The position numbers and the translations under genes are program-made. 57,626 nt of DNA from a virus: positions 67,572 to 125,197 of IMG/VR virus record IMGVR_UViG_3300027021_000002. One strand, written 5' to 3'. Position 1 is the stretch's first letter. Every line of letters begins with the position of its first letter. The notes under the pieces were generated by a model that saw only the letters and a program-made list of their open reading frames with translations, did not search any database and was not told the DNA's origin. Of this stretch, positions 46,332 through 56,180 are shown piece after piece.

Positions 46332-48785
46332 CTATGCTTCAGGATATATCCACTGTTGAATAGATACGTAACTCGGTGTTACAGCGATAAAATACACACC
46401 ATCATTTACATCGATAGCATCAAAGATCTCAAACAAAACGGAATGCCCAGCAAACTGAATGTAAAAATAATCATTTGTTAAATCTGTTTTAAACGCAATG
46501 CGAAGATAGTCAGATGTACTACTGTTGGTTAAGTCGAATATTGGAAATAAAGAAAATCCAGCATATTGAAAATTCTTGACCCCACCAATGCCAGTTGGGA
46601 GTAAGTCTGGACTTAACGCTCCATCCTCGTCAACAACAGTAAGCGTGTCTGGATCTAACTCATAAAAACGACCAAGATAATCGGTCGTGCCCTTAATACC
46701 ACCGATACCAGCCACATTGGTACTCGGAGCATTGATACCAACACCACTTAAATTGGCTAAGGTATCCGGGTCTATTTCATATAGTTTATCTGTTGCGTCG
46801 GCGTCACAATGGAATAATCTATCATTCATTCCGCCAATACCATTTGGATAAGTACTTGGAGAAGAAACCCCAACTCCACTTAAATTGGCTAAGGTATCTG
46901 GATCTATTTCGTATAGCTTGTCAGAGTCCCGATCACAACAATATATTTTATTGTTGATACCACCAATACCAGTAGGAGATGTACTCGGAGAGGCAACCCC
47001 AGAGCCGCTTAGATTCGCTAGTGTATCAGGGTCTATCTCATATAGCTTACTCGCGTCGCTGTCGCAATGATATAAGCGACTATCAGTGCCACCCACACCA
47101 CCAGGGGCGGCAGATGGGGTAGACACCCCGCTTCCACTGAGGTTGGCAAGAGTATCTGTATCAAGTTCAAAAAATTTATCTGAAGATCCCGTACACAAGT
47201 ATAATTTTTGTGCATTCCCGCCAATCCCAGCCGGAAACCAATCTGGAGACTCTACTCCATAACCACTCAAATTAGCAAGTGTGTCAGGATCTATTTCGTA
47301 CAAACGTTGCGCCGTAATATCACACGCATACAATCGTTCAGCTATTATAGTGGACTCATAATCATCGTTGCCGGAACAAAAAAGTCTTTCTTGTATACCG
47401 CCAACATCAACGGGCACAAAATTTGTTATTGTAGAACCAGTCCCACTCAAATTGGCCAGTGTGTCAGGATCTATTTCGTAAAAGGCTTCTGTTATATAGT
47501 CACAATGAAATAACCGACTAGCCAATCCGCCTATTCCATGGGGATAAGGACCAGGAGTGCTTACACCAACACCGCTTAAATTAGCTAATGTATCTGGGTC
47601 TATTTCATAAAAAACTCCAGAATTATCATCACAATGATAGACGCGACCATTGGTTCCCCCAATACTTTTAGGACTAGTATTTGGAGTGGATACACCACTG
47701 CCACTAAGGTTAGCCAAAGTCGTTGGGTCGATCTCATAAAATTTAAGTGTAACTGCACTACTTGTATATAAGCGATTTTGCGTTCCGCCTATACCCATAG
47801 GTGTAGCTCCGGGAGTTGTTACGCCTCCCTCGCTCACGTCAAGTAAGGTGTTAATACTAATTTGATAGATTTTATTTAATCCTGCGTCCACAGAATATAA
47901 TCGCTCTACCTCAGCCGCAAATGGAGAAAATACGAATGTACTTGTGAAGTCAACGGGAATATTAACGTCCCAATACGCGGTTCCATTTTCTTCTATTTTT
48001 AAAAATTTTCCACCAATATGATTATCGACATATGATATTTCGCCCGTACTAGTACCGCTATTTTGATATGCACCGCCCCAGTCAAGTACAACACAAGCGG
48101 TACTAGACGAGTTTGTAGCAGTAGGAGTAATGTTAAGAGATGGCTCCGCGTAATCAACGTAAAACCAACGTGTTGCTGTAGTAACTGTTATTCCAGCTTG
48201 ATTTGTCACTATAAACTGGATTCCATACGCTCTACCATCGCCTATAAACCCATCAAATGTGTATTTTACGTTTGACGAATAAACAGTACCAGATGAACGC
48301 AATAACTCGGTAGGACTCCATCTATATAAATTAGCAACAAACGAAGTGGCGGAAATATCTTCTGCTTGTGTATAGTTAGCCGTAAATTCATAACTTTGCG
48401 TATTTATGGTGCTCAGGGACACAGGAAGCGGAATACTAACGGATGGAGTACTATATGCGTTAAATACCACTTCGCGAGAAGTAACATAATCCGTAGCATT
48501 GTAATAAAGTTTAATAGACCATTTGTACTGGTTCCCATTAACCATACCCGAAGTGGCAGACACAGGGACGGTTATCGTTAGCGTATCATTATCATACTTG
48601 GGGTCGGAACTAATGTCTATTTTTGCAGGAGTATAGACACTAGCTCCAGTCGCGTTGTTGTATATAGTAAGCTGATAGCCGACACAAATTGTCCCTCGAA
48701 TTGTTAAAGAAAAATCATTTTCTTCGTCGGCATCGATTGTAGAATTGGCAGGGGACATATTAATAGGAGAGTAGAGGACACTCAA
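46332..48785 (-). CDS. tail/receptor-binding protein with beta-propeller repeats
   Basis: About ten 43-aa repeats RLYxCD..YEIDPDTLANLSG..GIGG. Confidence 0.75.
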   Translation of the reverse strand: MSVLYSPINMSPANSTIDADEENDFSLTIRGTICVGYQLTIYNNATGASVYTPAKIDISSDPKYDNDTLTITVPVSATSGMVNGNQYKWSIKLYYNATDYVTSREVVFNAYSTPSVSIPLPVSLSTINTQSYEFTANYTQAEDISATSFVANLYRWSPTELLRSSGTVYSSNVKYTFDGFIGDGRAYGIQFIVTNQAGITVTTATRWFYVDYAEPSLNITPTATNSSSTACVVLDWGGAYQNSGTSTGEISYVDNHIGGKFLKIEENGTAYWDVNIPVDFTSTFVFSPFAAEVERLYSVDAGLNKIYQISINTLLDVSEGGVTTPGATPMGIGGTQNRLYTSSAVTLKFYEIDPTTLANLSGSGVSTPNTSPKSIGGTNGRVYHCDDNSGVFYEIDPDTLANLSGVGVSTPGPYPHGIGGLASRLFHCDYITEAFYEIDPDTLANLSGTGSTITNFVPVDVGGIQERLFCSGNDDYESTIIAERLYACDITAQRLYEIDPDTLANLSGYGVESPDWFPAGIGGNAQKLYLCTGSSDKFFELDTDTLANLSGSGVSTPSAAPGGVGGTDSRLYHCDSDASKLYEIDPDTLANLSGSGVASPSTSPTGIGGINNKIYCCDRDSDKLYEIDPDTLANLSGVGVSSPSTYPNGIGGMNDRLFHCDADATDKLYEIDPDTLANLSGVGINAPSTNVAGIGGIKGTTDYLGRFYELDPDTLTVVDEDGALSPDLLPTGIGGVKNFQYAGFSLFPIFDLTNSSTSDYLRIAFKTDLTNDYFYIQFAGHSVLFEIFDAIDVNDGVYFIAVTPSYVSIQQWIYPEA

Positions 48786-48814
48786 TAGTAGTTCCCCCTT
48801 TGTTGAAAGTTTTG

Positions 48815-51800
48815 TTACCTTTTAAAAACAGACAGTTGCTCTAACCCGTCCACAAATTCAGCCGGGTCATTAGATGAAACGTTGATTTCATTAATATGAA
48901 TTGTGCGAGAATTACCTTGAATTGTTGTTGGTTGGCCTTTCAGCATATTCATAATGTTACTTAAAGCAGGAACCAATGTGCGCTCCCACAATTGAGCAGT
49001 GGGCTTATTAAGAACGATCTCGTCCTTGTGAAGAATAGCAGGACCAGTGTTCGGAACCTTGCCACCTTTTTCGTAAGCAGGAACACCACCAAGATCTGTA
49101 ATTTTGTGACGTGTTACATTCATGGCGGCAAGATACGCCGAAGACACGGCGGCATTCGGCGCATTTTTATGAGCCATATATTGTTGTCTAAGTATTTCTT
49201 GTAGCCGCGCTATCTCGGCAGCATTATTGTTACCAGAAGACCCACCTGAACTACCACCGCTAGAACCACTTTTACCTTGTGCCCTGCGTAACCTATCCCA
49301 CTCCGCAATCTGCTTATCAACACTATTCTTTGTTTTTCTCTCCATGTCTTTAAGGTGATCTTCAAGTGCATCGATCTGCATATTGTAGGCGTCAATCATA
49401 TCCTGATGTTTTTGGATTTCTTGTTCGTGCTGATAATCCCTACGCGCTTCAGAATACCTTTCTTGCAAGTCACTTAGCTCGTCTTCGGCACGCTCGACTT
49501 CGCGAGGATCTGCCACCCACTCAAATTGACCAGTTTCAGCATTATATAAGCGAACGTTACGTTCGTTCCGTATGTTAGCAAGTTCTTCGCGTTTCTTAAC
49601 GATGTCGAGCCGCATTTTTTCAAGATCGGCAAGCTTCTTCTCTTTTTCGTACTGCTCGTTAAGCTGATCGATTATTTCTTGTTCGGCTGCGATCTTATCT
49701 TTCAGCGCATCAATCTGATCTTGAATGGCCTGTTCTGCGGCAGAAATACCACCAGAGCCAGAGTCGCCAACACCAGACAGATTGATAGGGGAGAGGTCAA
49801 TTCCGCCGAAAGCGTCTGTCATAGCTCCAAGCACATCTAGTTGGGCATCTATCTGAGAAAGCAATGCCGCATAATGAGATCCACCCCCGCCACGTTGTAA
49901 TGTAGCAATTACCTGACTACGCAAAGCTTTTAGAGCTTCTTCTTGAGAGCCATAGTACTCACGCCATTTTGATCCAAGATAAGTAATTAATGTCTCTTCT
50001 GTTTTAGCTTTAGCGTCGGCAAGAGATTGAAAATTCTCCGCATCGGCACCATAAGCAAGCACAAGCTGATTATAAAAGCCCTCATAGCCTTCAAGTAATG
50101 AGTTGAAATACTCTTCGCTTTGCAATAAGATATCCTGATAGGCTTGAAGTTGAACTTCTTCGTGCTCAATTATTTTATTTTTCAAATACTCTTCTAATTG
50201 AGCATGGTCGTGAAGATATGAAATAATCTCTGGATATTTTTCTATAAGATTGTCAAGGGTAGAAGGAGAAAGAGCACCATCAGAACCTAAACTTTCTAAT
50301 GCTTGATAAAGATCGTTAATTTCGCCTGTTGTATTATTAAACTCTTCGGTAAGTTCTTCAACCGACCTTAGTACTTCCTCATTCGCCCCGCTTAAAGTTT
50401 CTGCCCATCTTTTGGCACGTTCTTCTGAATCGATATATCCATCCCGAAGTAGTTGTAACTGCTTAAGTGCATTAACGTCACCTTCGGCAGCAAGAGCATC
50501 CAGCAAAGAAATTTGTAACTCTCTTGCCTCTTTATCCATTTCTTCGAAGGCTATTTTAACTTCTTCGGCGGCGTCACGCTCTGCATATAAGTTTTCTAAA
50601 ACTTTTGTTACAGCCTTACGACGCAATTCGGGAAGGGGATTATCGTTTACTGCGGCAAGCTCTTTCTCTAGTATCTCTATAGCCGTATCAATATTGTCAT
50701 AGCTTGGTGTAGTAAATACACCTAATCTAACTTTATACGGTTCATTTTTATCAAGAAGAGATTTTGCCTCCAAATAGCTATGTTCATTTAATAGCCGAAA
50801 ACGATCAGCCTCTTCAAGCTTTAGTTTTTTAACCAAATTTATATTTTCTTGAAGTGACTTATTTTGTAAATCTATCTGCTGCCCAGTTTCACCAAATTTA
50901 GTTTTGAGCTGTGCCTCAATATCAATTAACTCTAATTTTTCTTCGCCATTTAATGATGTCTGATTTGCAAGTTCTTCGTAACGGTCAGATAGTTGGTCAA
51001 GCGTATTAATACTTTCTCGCATCTTATTTGAAGATTCTGCCACATCATCCGCCATGTTTCGCATTCTATGCGTAGCATCTTCAATAGCTTTACTTAAAGC
51101 AATAACACCGGCTATAACCGCCGCTACAACAACCGTGGACATCGCTGCGCTAAAACCATTGGCTGCATCTCTAGCCATATTCATATTTCGACCAAGATTA
51201 AAAAACATCTTGCCTAAACCATCTAAAATGCCACCAGTTTTTAACATATTGCTATTTGTAATGATTAAGGCAAAAATAGTGGTAAGAACAACATTCAACA
51301 AGCCCAGCTTATCAATAATATCAGTAAGTCCAGTTCCAAAATCAACAAAAGATTTAATAGTATCAGTTGATATGGTGTTGCGCCACATATTTTGCACAGA
51401 AGATGTAAACTTTTCTGTTTTACCCCGAATAGAATCTAAGTACTTTTCGTTTTCCCTGGCAGCACTACCAGCACTCTCCATAGAGGTTTGGTATGCTTCG
51501 TCTATACGTTCCCAGTTGGATAAAACGGCATTAAGAACAGTACTCTGACGTTTACCAGAAACAAGCTCTGATAAATTAGCTAGATCTAAATCTGACATGT
51601 CTTCGTAAACGCCAGCCAAATCACGCAGGATATCAAAAGTAGATCTGAAATCACCGTTAGAATCTAATAGGGTTATACCGAATTTCTCAAAGTTTTTTTC
51701 TAGCTTTGGCACCAGTTCGGCAAGATCTTCGCCTTCTTCACCAACACCCCGTAAACGTAATGCTATTGTGCGTAGCCCGGTCGCAACACGACGAGGGTCA

Positions 51801-52600
51801 CGCATGACCTCGGTACCGCCAGTAATAAGAGCAATAGACTGGTCGAGGTCGTTATTGGCCTGTCGTAGCGTAGCAGATTCTTTACTTATACCAGACGCTA
51901 AATCGCCAATAGTAACAGCGTAATTATTTGAAACCTCATTAAGCTTATCTACAATAGCACCGGCAGAATCAGCTTCTAAGCCAAATCCGCGCATAGTAGC
52001 AATTAGAGCAGAGGTAGACTCGTTGACATTATCTATATCGTCAGCAACGTTCGTTAATTCTAATGCTTCCGTAGCAAGACCAAGGCTTTCTTGCATCGTG
52101 TAGCCCATACGGGCAAAATTAGTGGTCGCCTGAATAACTTCTTCGCCTGTACGCGCAAGTTGTTTGCCAACATGAAATGCAGTATCCGCAAATTGTGCAT
52201 ATTCTTGCTCAGTAGCATCTGTAACTTTCCGTAAATCAACTAATGCAGTATCTAGGTCTTTAATAGTTTCAATACCATTAGCGATTGCACGAATAGCCCC
52301 GTAGTAAGCAACTGTGACGCCGCTCCAAATCATAAACTTGTAAGCAGCAGTTCCAATTGATTTGCCGAACTCCACCATGCCTTTAGTGGCACTCTTGGTT
52401 TCGTTGGCTACTTCGTTAGAGGCACCAATAAATTCTTTTATATATTTTTTTGCATCTTTTGTGCCATCAGCAACGCCCTTTGTGGCAGAAGCAGTACCAC
52501 TAAGAGATTTATTAATTTGTTGCACCTGAGATTGAATAGCCTGTTGACTCTTCGGAATATCAAGTTTGGCGGTCAATAGTATATTGAGACCATCAGCCAA
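48815..52600 (-). CDS. tail tape measure protein (TP901 type)
   Basis: LRKVT...FARMG...DKLNEVSNN, TM-like segments, coiled coils. Confidence 0.92.
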   Translation of the reverse strand: MADGLNILLTAKLDIPKSQQAIQSQVQQINKSLSGTASATKGVADGTKDAKKYIKEFIGASNEVANETKSATKGMVEFGKSIGTAAYKFMIWSGVTVAYYGAIRAIANGIETIKDLDTALVDLRKVTDATEQEYAQFADTAFHVGKQLARTGEEVIQATTNFARMGYTMQESLGLATEALELTNVADDIDNVNESTSALIATMRGFGLEADSAGAIVDKLNEVSNNYAVTIGDLASGISKESATLRQANNDLDQSIALITGGTEVMRDPRRVATGLRTIALRLRGVGEEGEDLAELVPKLEKNFEKFGITLLDSNGDFRSTFDILRDLAGVYEDMSDLDLANLSELVSGKRQSTVLNAVLSNWERIDEAYQTSMESAGSAARENEKYLDSIRGKTEKFTSSVQNMWRNTISTDTIKSFVDFGTGLTDIIDKLGLLNVVLTTIFALIITNSNMLKTGGILDGLGKMFFNLGRNMNMARDAANGFSAAMSTVVVAAVIAGVIALSKAIEDATHRMRNMADDVAESSNKMRESINTLDQLSDRYEELANQTSLNGEEKLELIDIEAQLKTKFGETGQQIDLQNKSLQENINLVKKLKLEEADRFRLLNEHSYLEAKSLLDKNEPYKVRLGVFTTPSYDNIDTAIEILEKELAAVNDNPLPELRRKAVTKVLENLYAERDAAEEVKIAFEEMDKEARELQISLLDALAAEGDVNALKQLQLLRDGYIDSEERAKRWAETLSGANEEVLRSVEELTEEFNNTTGEINDLYQALESLGSDGALSPSTLDNLIEKYPEIISYLHDHAQLEEYLKNKIIEHEEVQLQAYQDILLQSEEYFNSLLEGYEGFYNQLVLAYGADAENFQSLADAKAKTEETLITYLGSKWREYYGSQEEALKALRSQVIATLQRGGGGSHYAALLSQIDAQLDVLGAMTDAFGGIDLSPINLSGVGDSGSGGISAAEQAIQDQIDALKDKIAAEQEIIDQLNEQYEKEKKLADLEKMRLDIVKKREELANIRNERNVRLYNAETGQFEWVADPREVERAEDELSDLQERYSEARRDYQHEQEIQKHQDMIDAYNMQIDALEDHLKDMERKTKNSVDKQIAEWDRLRRAQGKSGSSGGSSGGSSGNNNAAEIARLQEILRQQYMAHKNAPNAAVSSAYLAAMNVTRHKITDLGGVPAYEKGGKVPNTGPAILHKDEIVLNKPTAQLWERTLVPALSNIMNMLKGQPTTIQGNSRTIHINEINVSSNDPAEFVDGLEQLSVFKR

Positions 52601-52628
52601 TGACCAACACCGCCTTTATATTAAATTC

Positions 52629-52657
52629 TTGACAGAAATTAGTAGATATGATATTGT
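52629..52657 (+). promoter_or_regulatory. sigma-A promoter
   Basis: TTGACA-17-TATTGT with extended TG. Confidence 0.65.
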
Positions 52658-52686
52658 TGTCTCATATTAAGCAAAGAGATGGTTGT

Positions 52687-52974
52687 ATGAAAAACAACAA
52701 AATTAAAACGCTAATCACAATATTTATTATTGTCTCTGCTATTTTTCTCATTTTAGGATTTCATAAAATGTTTGCCTATGATGGATATAGAACAAATGCA
52801 TACGTTGGAGGAGACGCATATAACTATATAATCAACTCCAATTATGCGACCGGATATTTTGTTTTATCTATGTTCTTTGGGATGGTATCAATAGGACTGG
52901 GCATCATTAATACCATAAAAGAAACTTTATCACCAGATATAAAAGAAGAAACACTAGACGATCCAAATACTTAA
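52687..52974 (+). CDS. two-TM membrane protein (moron)
   Basis: NAYVGGDAYNYIIN between TM segments; own promoter. Confidence 0.7.
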   Translation: MKNNKIKTLITIFIIVSAIFLILGFHKMFAYDGYRTNAYVGGDAYNYIINSNYATGYFVLSMFFGMVSIGLGIINTIKETLSPDIKEETLDDPNT

Positions 52975-52987
52975 AATCTGTTTTATA

Positions 52988-53048
52988 CGCACTTATCCCC
53001 TCACATACCCAAAAATTTAACACCCACAATATATTGGGGATAAGGGCG
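52988..53048. mobile_element. MITE-like element / IS1595-type end
   Basis: TIRs CGCACTTATCCCC / GGGGATAAGGGCG; 19/25 match to the IS end at 57602-57626. Confidence 0.55.
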
Positions 53049-53060
53049 GTTCACCAAACT

Positions 53061-53089
53061 TTGACATAATTCCCTCAATCATGTATAAT
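53061..53089 (+). promoter_or_regulatory. consensus sigma-A promoter
   Basis: TTGACA-17-TATAAT. Confidence 0.85.
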
Positions 53090-53114
53090 TCATTCAGAGA
53101 GTGAGGGAGTTATT

Positions 53115-53351
53115 ATGTATACAGTAAATTTTGTTTATTCAGATGGAACAATAGAGGAGTATCCCCACATTGATAAACTCAAATATACACAATATGGTGT
53201 TGAAGAAACCCTAACAAATGACGAAATTCTAACGCACGAATTTCCACTTACCTACATTTACGAGTTTCATCTATTTGCTAAAAACGAAAAGTACACAATA
53301 CGCAAAACAGATAATATAAACAAAATTAAAGTTTCTAAAGAAGAAGATTAA
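53115..53351 (+). CDS. hypothetical protein (moron)
   Basis: GAGGGAG SD; own promoter. Confidence 0.7.
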   Translation: MYTVNFVYSDGTIEEYPHIDKLKYTQYGVEETLTNDEILTHEFPLTYIYEFHLFAKNEKYTIRKTDNINKIKVSKEED

Positions 53352-53470
53352 ACTTCGACCTCAATATTGATCTTTGCAGCAGGATGGTCTTTTTCTATCT
53401 CGCTTATTAAGTCCACTAAGTGTTTCACCTTATCATGTGGGGTTTTCTTTATATAAAAGTTAATAGTCAT
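53348..53470 (-). CDS. small hypothetical protein (40 aa)
   Basis: AAAGGAG SD on the - strand; convergent with the previous gene. Confidence 0.55.
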   Translation of the reverse strand: MTINFYIKKTPHDKVKHLVDLISEIEKDHPAAKINIEVEV

Positions 53471-53499
53471 TTTCAATTTCTCCTTTAAATTAAATTCTT

Positions 53500-53552
53500 T
53501 CCCCTCACATACCCAAAAATTTAACACCCACAATATATTGGGGATAAGGGCG
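53500..53552. repeat. 53-bp perfect direct repeat of 52996-53048
   Basis: TCCCCTCACATACCC...GGGGATAAGGGCG identical. Confidence 0.9.
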
Positions 53553-53564
53553 AGTTTCCCATGT

Positions 53565-53705
53565 TTAACCCAATTTAGATTTACTATCTAATTTACCCCG
53601 CAACCTTACCAAAACACCATATGCCTCTTTGTATGACAGATCCTCATTTTTAAGCATTTGATAAAGTTTTTCCGCAAGTTCTTTTTCCTTTTCAAATTCT
53701 AACAT
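53565..53705 (-). CDS. small hypothetical protein (46 aa)
   Basis: AAAGGA SD; MLEFEKEKELAEKLY... Confidence 0.5.
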   Translation of the reverse strand: MLEFEKEKELAEKLYQMLKNEDLSYKEAYGVLVRLRGKLDSKSKLG

Positions 53706-53764
53706 TTTTATTTTCCTTTCAATTGTTGTATAATATATCCTAGAAATATATAGGAGGTATTATT

Positions 53765-53977
53765 ATGTTTCAGGATCGAATCGCACATGATTTAGCCTTA
53801 ATCAAGGTTAGAGTTGCCTACGAGAAGTCAGTTAAACAGCAACGTCCAGAACCTATCAAGGCATTAATAGAAGAATCCTTTGATGCGGTTAAGATATATA
53901 AAGAAAGTTACGATAAATATCTTGCCGAATTAGAAGAGAACGGCATTGGAAATCCGGTACCATCAATCAACATTTAA
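53765..53977 (+). CDS. hypothetical protein
   Basis: AGGAGG SD; TATAAT upstream. Confidence 0.65.
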   Translation: MFQDRIAHDLALIKVRVAYEKSVKQQRPEPIKALIEESFDAVKIYKESYDKYLAELEENGIGNPVPSINI

Positions 53978-54000
53978 ATTCGACTTTTAATTAATGAAAG

Positions 54001-54030
54001 TAAGACACCCCAATTAAGGGGTGTCTTGTT
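54001..54030. terminator. terminator hairpin between convergent genes
   Basis: AAGACACCCC-AATTAA-GGGGTGTCTT. Confidence 0.75.
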
Positions 54031-54061
54031 AACATATAATTTTATGCTAGACATACTATAA

Positions 54062-54262
54062 TTAGGTGATATTTTCATAGGAACATACTAAGTTATTTGA
54101 CCCAGAAAACTTTGTTTCCGTTGGGAATATATAATTTCCATAACTATCAAAAACCTCAGACTCGTCAAACTGTTCAATTACTTCGCTTTGACTATCTTCA
54201 CAATCTAACAACTCATAAGCATCTTCAATGGAGTATTCATGTTCATTTATTTGTATCTTCAT
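54062..54262 (-). CDS. small acidic protein
   Basis: GGAGG SD; downstream of the protease. Confidence 0.55.
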   Translation of the reverse strand: MKIQINEHEYSIEDAYELLDCEDSQSEVIEQFDESEVFDSYGNYIFPTETKFSGSNNLVCSYENIT

Positions 54263-54285
54263 ATCCTATTCCTCCATATTTATTG

Positions 54286-55239
54286 TTAGCCAGAAATTAT
54301 AAATGTCATGCCCTTATCGCTTTCAATATATTTTATGCTATTAGTATGCTTATATGCGCTAAGGACATATGAATGATGAACAGAAAGAACTCTATCTTGT
54401 AAAATTTGGTCTTTTTCAAGAGCAAAAACTTTTAAGCCCAATTTTCTACAATCTTCGTAATCATAATGCTTATCATGCACCATAGACGCCTCGTGACTAG
54501 CAAGTTCCTCCAATATCTTTTCAATAATTATATCACGATTGCTTCTATACTTAAACATACAAGTACTCAACCAGCCAGAAACAAGCGTTCTTGATAGACG
54601 AACTACGTTATCACACTCTCCAACAAATGTAGGTCTGTACTTACCAATAATTTCTTTCCATATTAATGATTTATTCGGAACTTCAACGGATTCTTCAATT
54701 GCTCTTTTGAATTCGGCAAGCACGCCTTCGGCGGGAACGTTTTTATATTGCGGGTCAATTGGTCCAAGACTTGATTGTTTTCCCATAATTATTTCTTTTG
54801 AGGCACATGCAATCATTGTCCCTGCTGACATAGCCATATGTGGAACAATTACTCTTATATCATTCTTAAACATCTTTCTAAGATATTTAACAATACTTTC
54901 AGTTGCTGTTGTAATACCTCCAGGAGTATGTAATATTAAATCTAACCCCTTTGTTTTATCACGCATACTAACTGCATTCATAAAGCCATTAATGTCATTA
55001 TCATTAATCATTAATTCTGGGTTTGGATTAACTAAATTACGACTGTGGAGCCAAGTAGAATAGTAACAGATGACATTTCGTAGTGTATGCTGTGCTAATT
55101 CATTTATATATTTTTGGCGCATTCCAAATAAAACTCTTGGAAAAATTTTTTGTAACTTAGCATTATCCGGTGGGGCACCATTCAATGATATCTTGACTTG
55201 AGTATTAAACTCTGTCTCTAATGTGGTGTAATTAGCCAT
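54286..55239 (-). CDS. SDH/ClpP-fold serine protease (S49-like)
   Basis: LILHTPGG, AMSAGT, LGPIDPQ. Confidence 0.88.
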   Translation of the reverse strand: MANYTTLETEFNTQVKISLNGAPPDNAKLQKIFPRVLFGMRQKYINELAQHTLRNVICYYSTWLHSRNLVNPNPELMINDNDINGFMNAVSMRDKTKGLDLILHTPGGITTATESIVKYLRKMFKNDIRVIVPHMAMSAGTMIACASKEIIMGKQSSLGPIDPQYKNVPAEGVLAEFKRAIEESVEVPNKSLIWKEIIGKYRPTFVGECDNVVRLSRTLVSGWLSTCMFKYRSNRDIIIEKILEELASHEASMVHDKHYDYEDCRKLGLKVFALEKDQILQDRVLSVHHSYVLSAYKHTNSIKYIESDKGMTFIISG

Positions 55240-55328
55240 AAATCCACCTCCAACAAAAAGATACCTCAGTATATCACAATTTGGTATTTTTTGTTGAAGA
55301 TTGCATATGGGTAGTGGTATTATTTGTA

Positions 55329-55584
55329 TGCGGGGGACAACCTTACTACCTTAATGTAATATGAAGGATGCAATGCCCTTGGAGGTATTTGTTAAGAACG
55401 GGCGCAAACCCGTATTACATATAAGGGGGATTTGCTCATGCAGAAGCAAACCATTAAAGTCGAAACACAGCTAGTTCAACAAGGGAGCCACGTTTATCTG
55501 GTGACCAGGATTCACGAACATGGACGTGTTCGGATCATACGTAGGTTGGTCCGTTAAAGACTAGGTAAGTCACTGTCCCCCGCA
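55329..55584 (+). ncRNA. folded transcript enclosing a 39-aa ORF (55438-55557)
   Basis: 11-bp terminal IR TGCGGGGGACA/TGTCCCCCGCA; leader pairs over the SD. Confidence 0.5.
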
Positions 55585-55604
55585 CCTTTTAAGGGGGTAC
55601 ATCT

Positions 55605-56180
55605 ATGATAAAATGTCCGTCATGTGGTAGAGAAAACATATCTGACGATGCTGTATTCTGTTCATATTGCGGGAGGCCGTTAGAAGTAGAAAAAGAACAA
55701 GTAAATCAAGAAGAGCCTATTGAGGTGCCAAAAGAAAAGAAGGATAGATTTTGGATACCAGTAGCTATTATCCTTGCTGTAATTGTTCTGTCTGTTGTTT
55801 TAATGATTATCCTTGATGATAAAACCCCATATACAAATACAACACCCGTTTCAGTAGCGAGTTCAAAACCTACGCCTACTCCAATTCCCGTACCTAAAGT
55901 TAAAATTCTAAATCAAGAAATCCATAGCAATTACCTTGATTCAGATGACTATATGCTAGCTGAAGCAGACATAAAAAATAATAGCAACATCACTTTGTAT
56001 TACGTCAAGGTGAACCTAGAAATCATGGACGAAGATAAAAACATCTTGGACACAGAATGGACTTTTGCGGTAAGCAATGAAGGGATACGACCCGGCGCAC
56101 AAGCACACTTCGATATCATGTTTAAGAAAATCGAAGGAGCAGAATGGTACCGAATGTACGTAGTAGATTATGACTGGTAA
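55605..56180 (+). CDS. zinc-ribbon + TM + FxLYD-like membrane protein
   Basis: CPSCG..FCSYCG, TM, Pro/Thr linker, Ig-like IKNNS..YVKV domain. Confidence 0.75.
   Translation: MIKCPSCGRENISDDAVFCSYCGRPLEVEKEQVNQEEPIEVPKEKKDRFWIPVAIILAVIVLSVVLMIILDDKTPYTNTTPVSVASSKPTPTPIPVPKVKILNQEIHSNYLDSDDYMLAEADIKNNSNITLYYVKVNLEIMDEDKNILDTEWTFAVSNEGIRPGAQAHFDIMFKKIEGAEWYRMYVVDYDW

Noticed and set aside
46332-48785. Diversity-generating retroelement target
   Set aside because: Repeats differ at all base types, and no reverse transcriptase or template repeat is in the window
566-51548. Numerous antisense or nested ORFs in the track
   Set aside because: They lie opposite or inside well-supported genes, with no SD or recognisable motifs
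52972-52985. Palindrome-like TAAAA-TCTG-TTTTA (also degenerate copies at 6777 and 14371)
   Set aside because: Wrong spacer length or a mismatched arm; not counted
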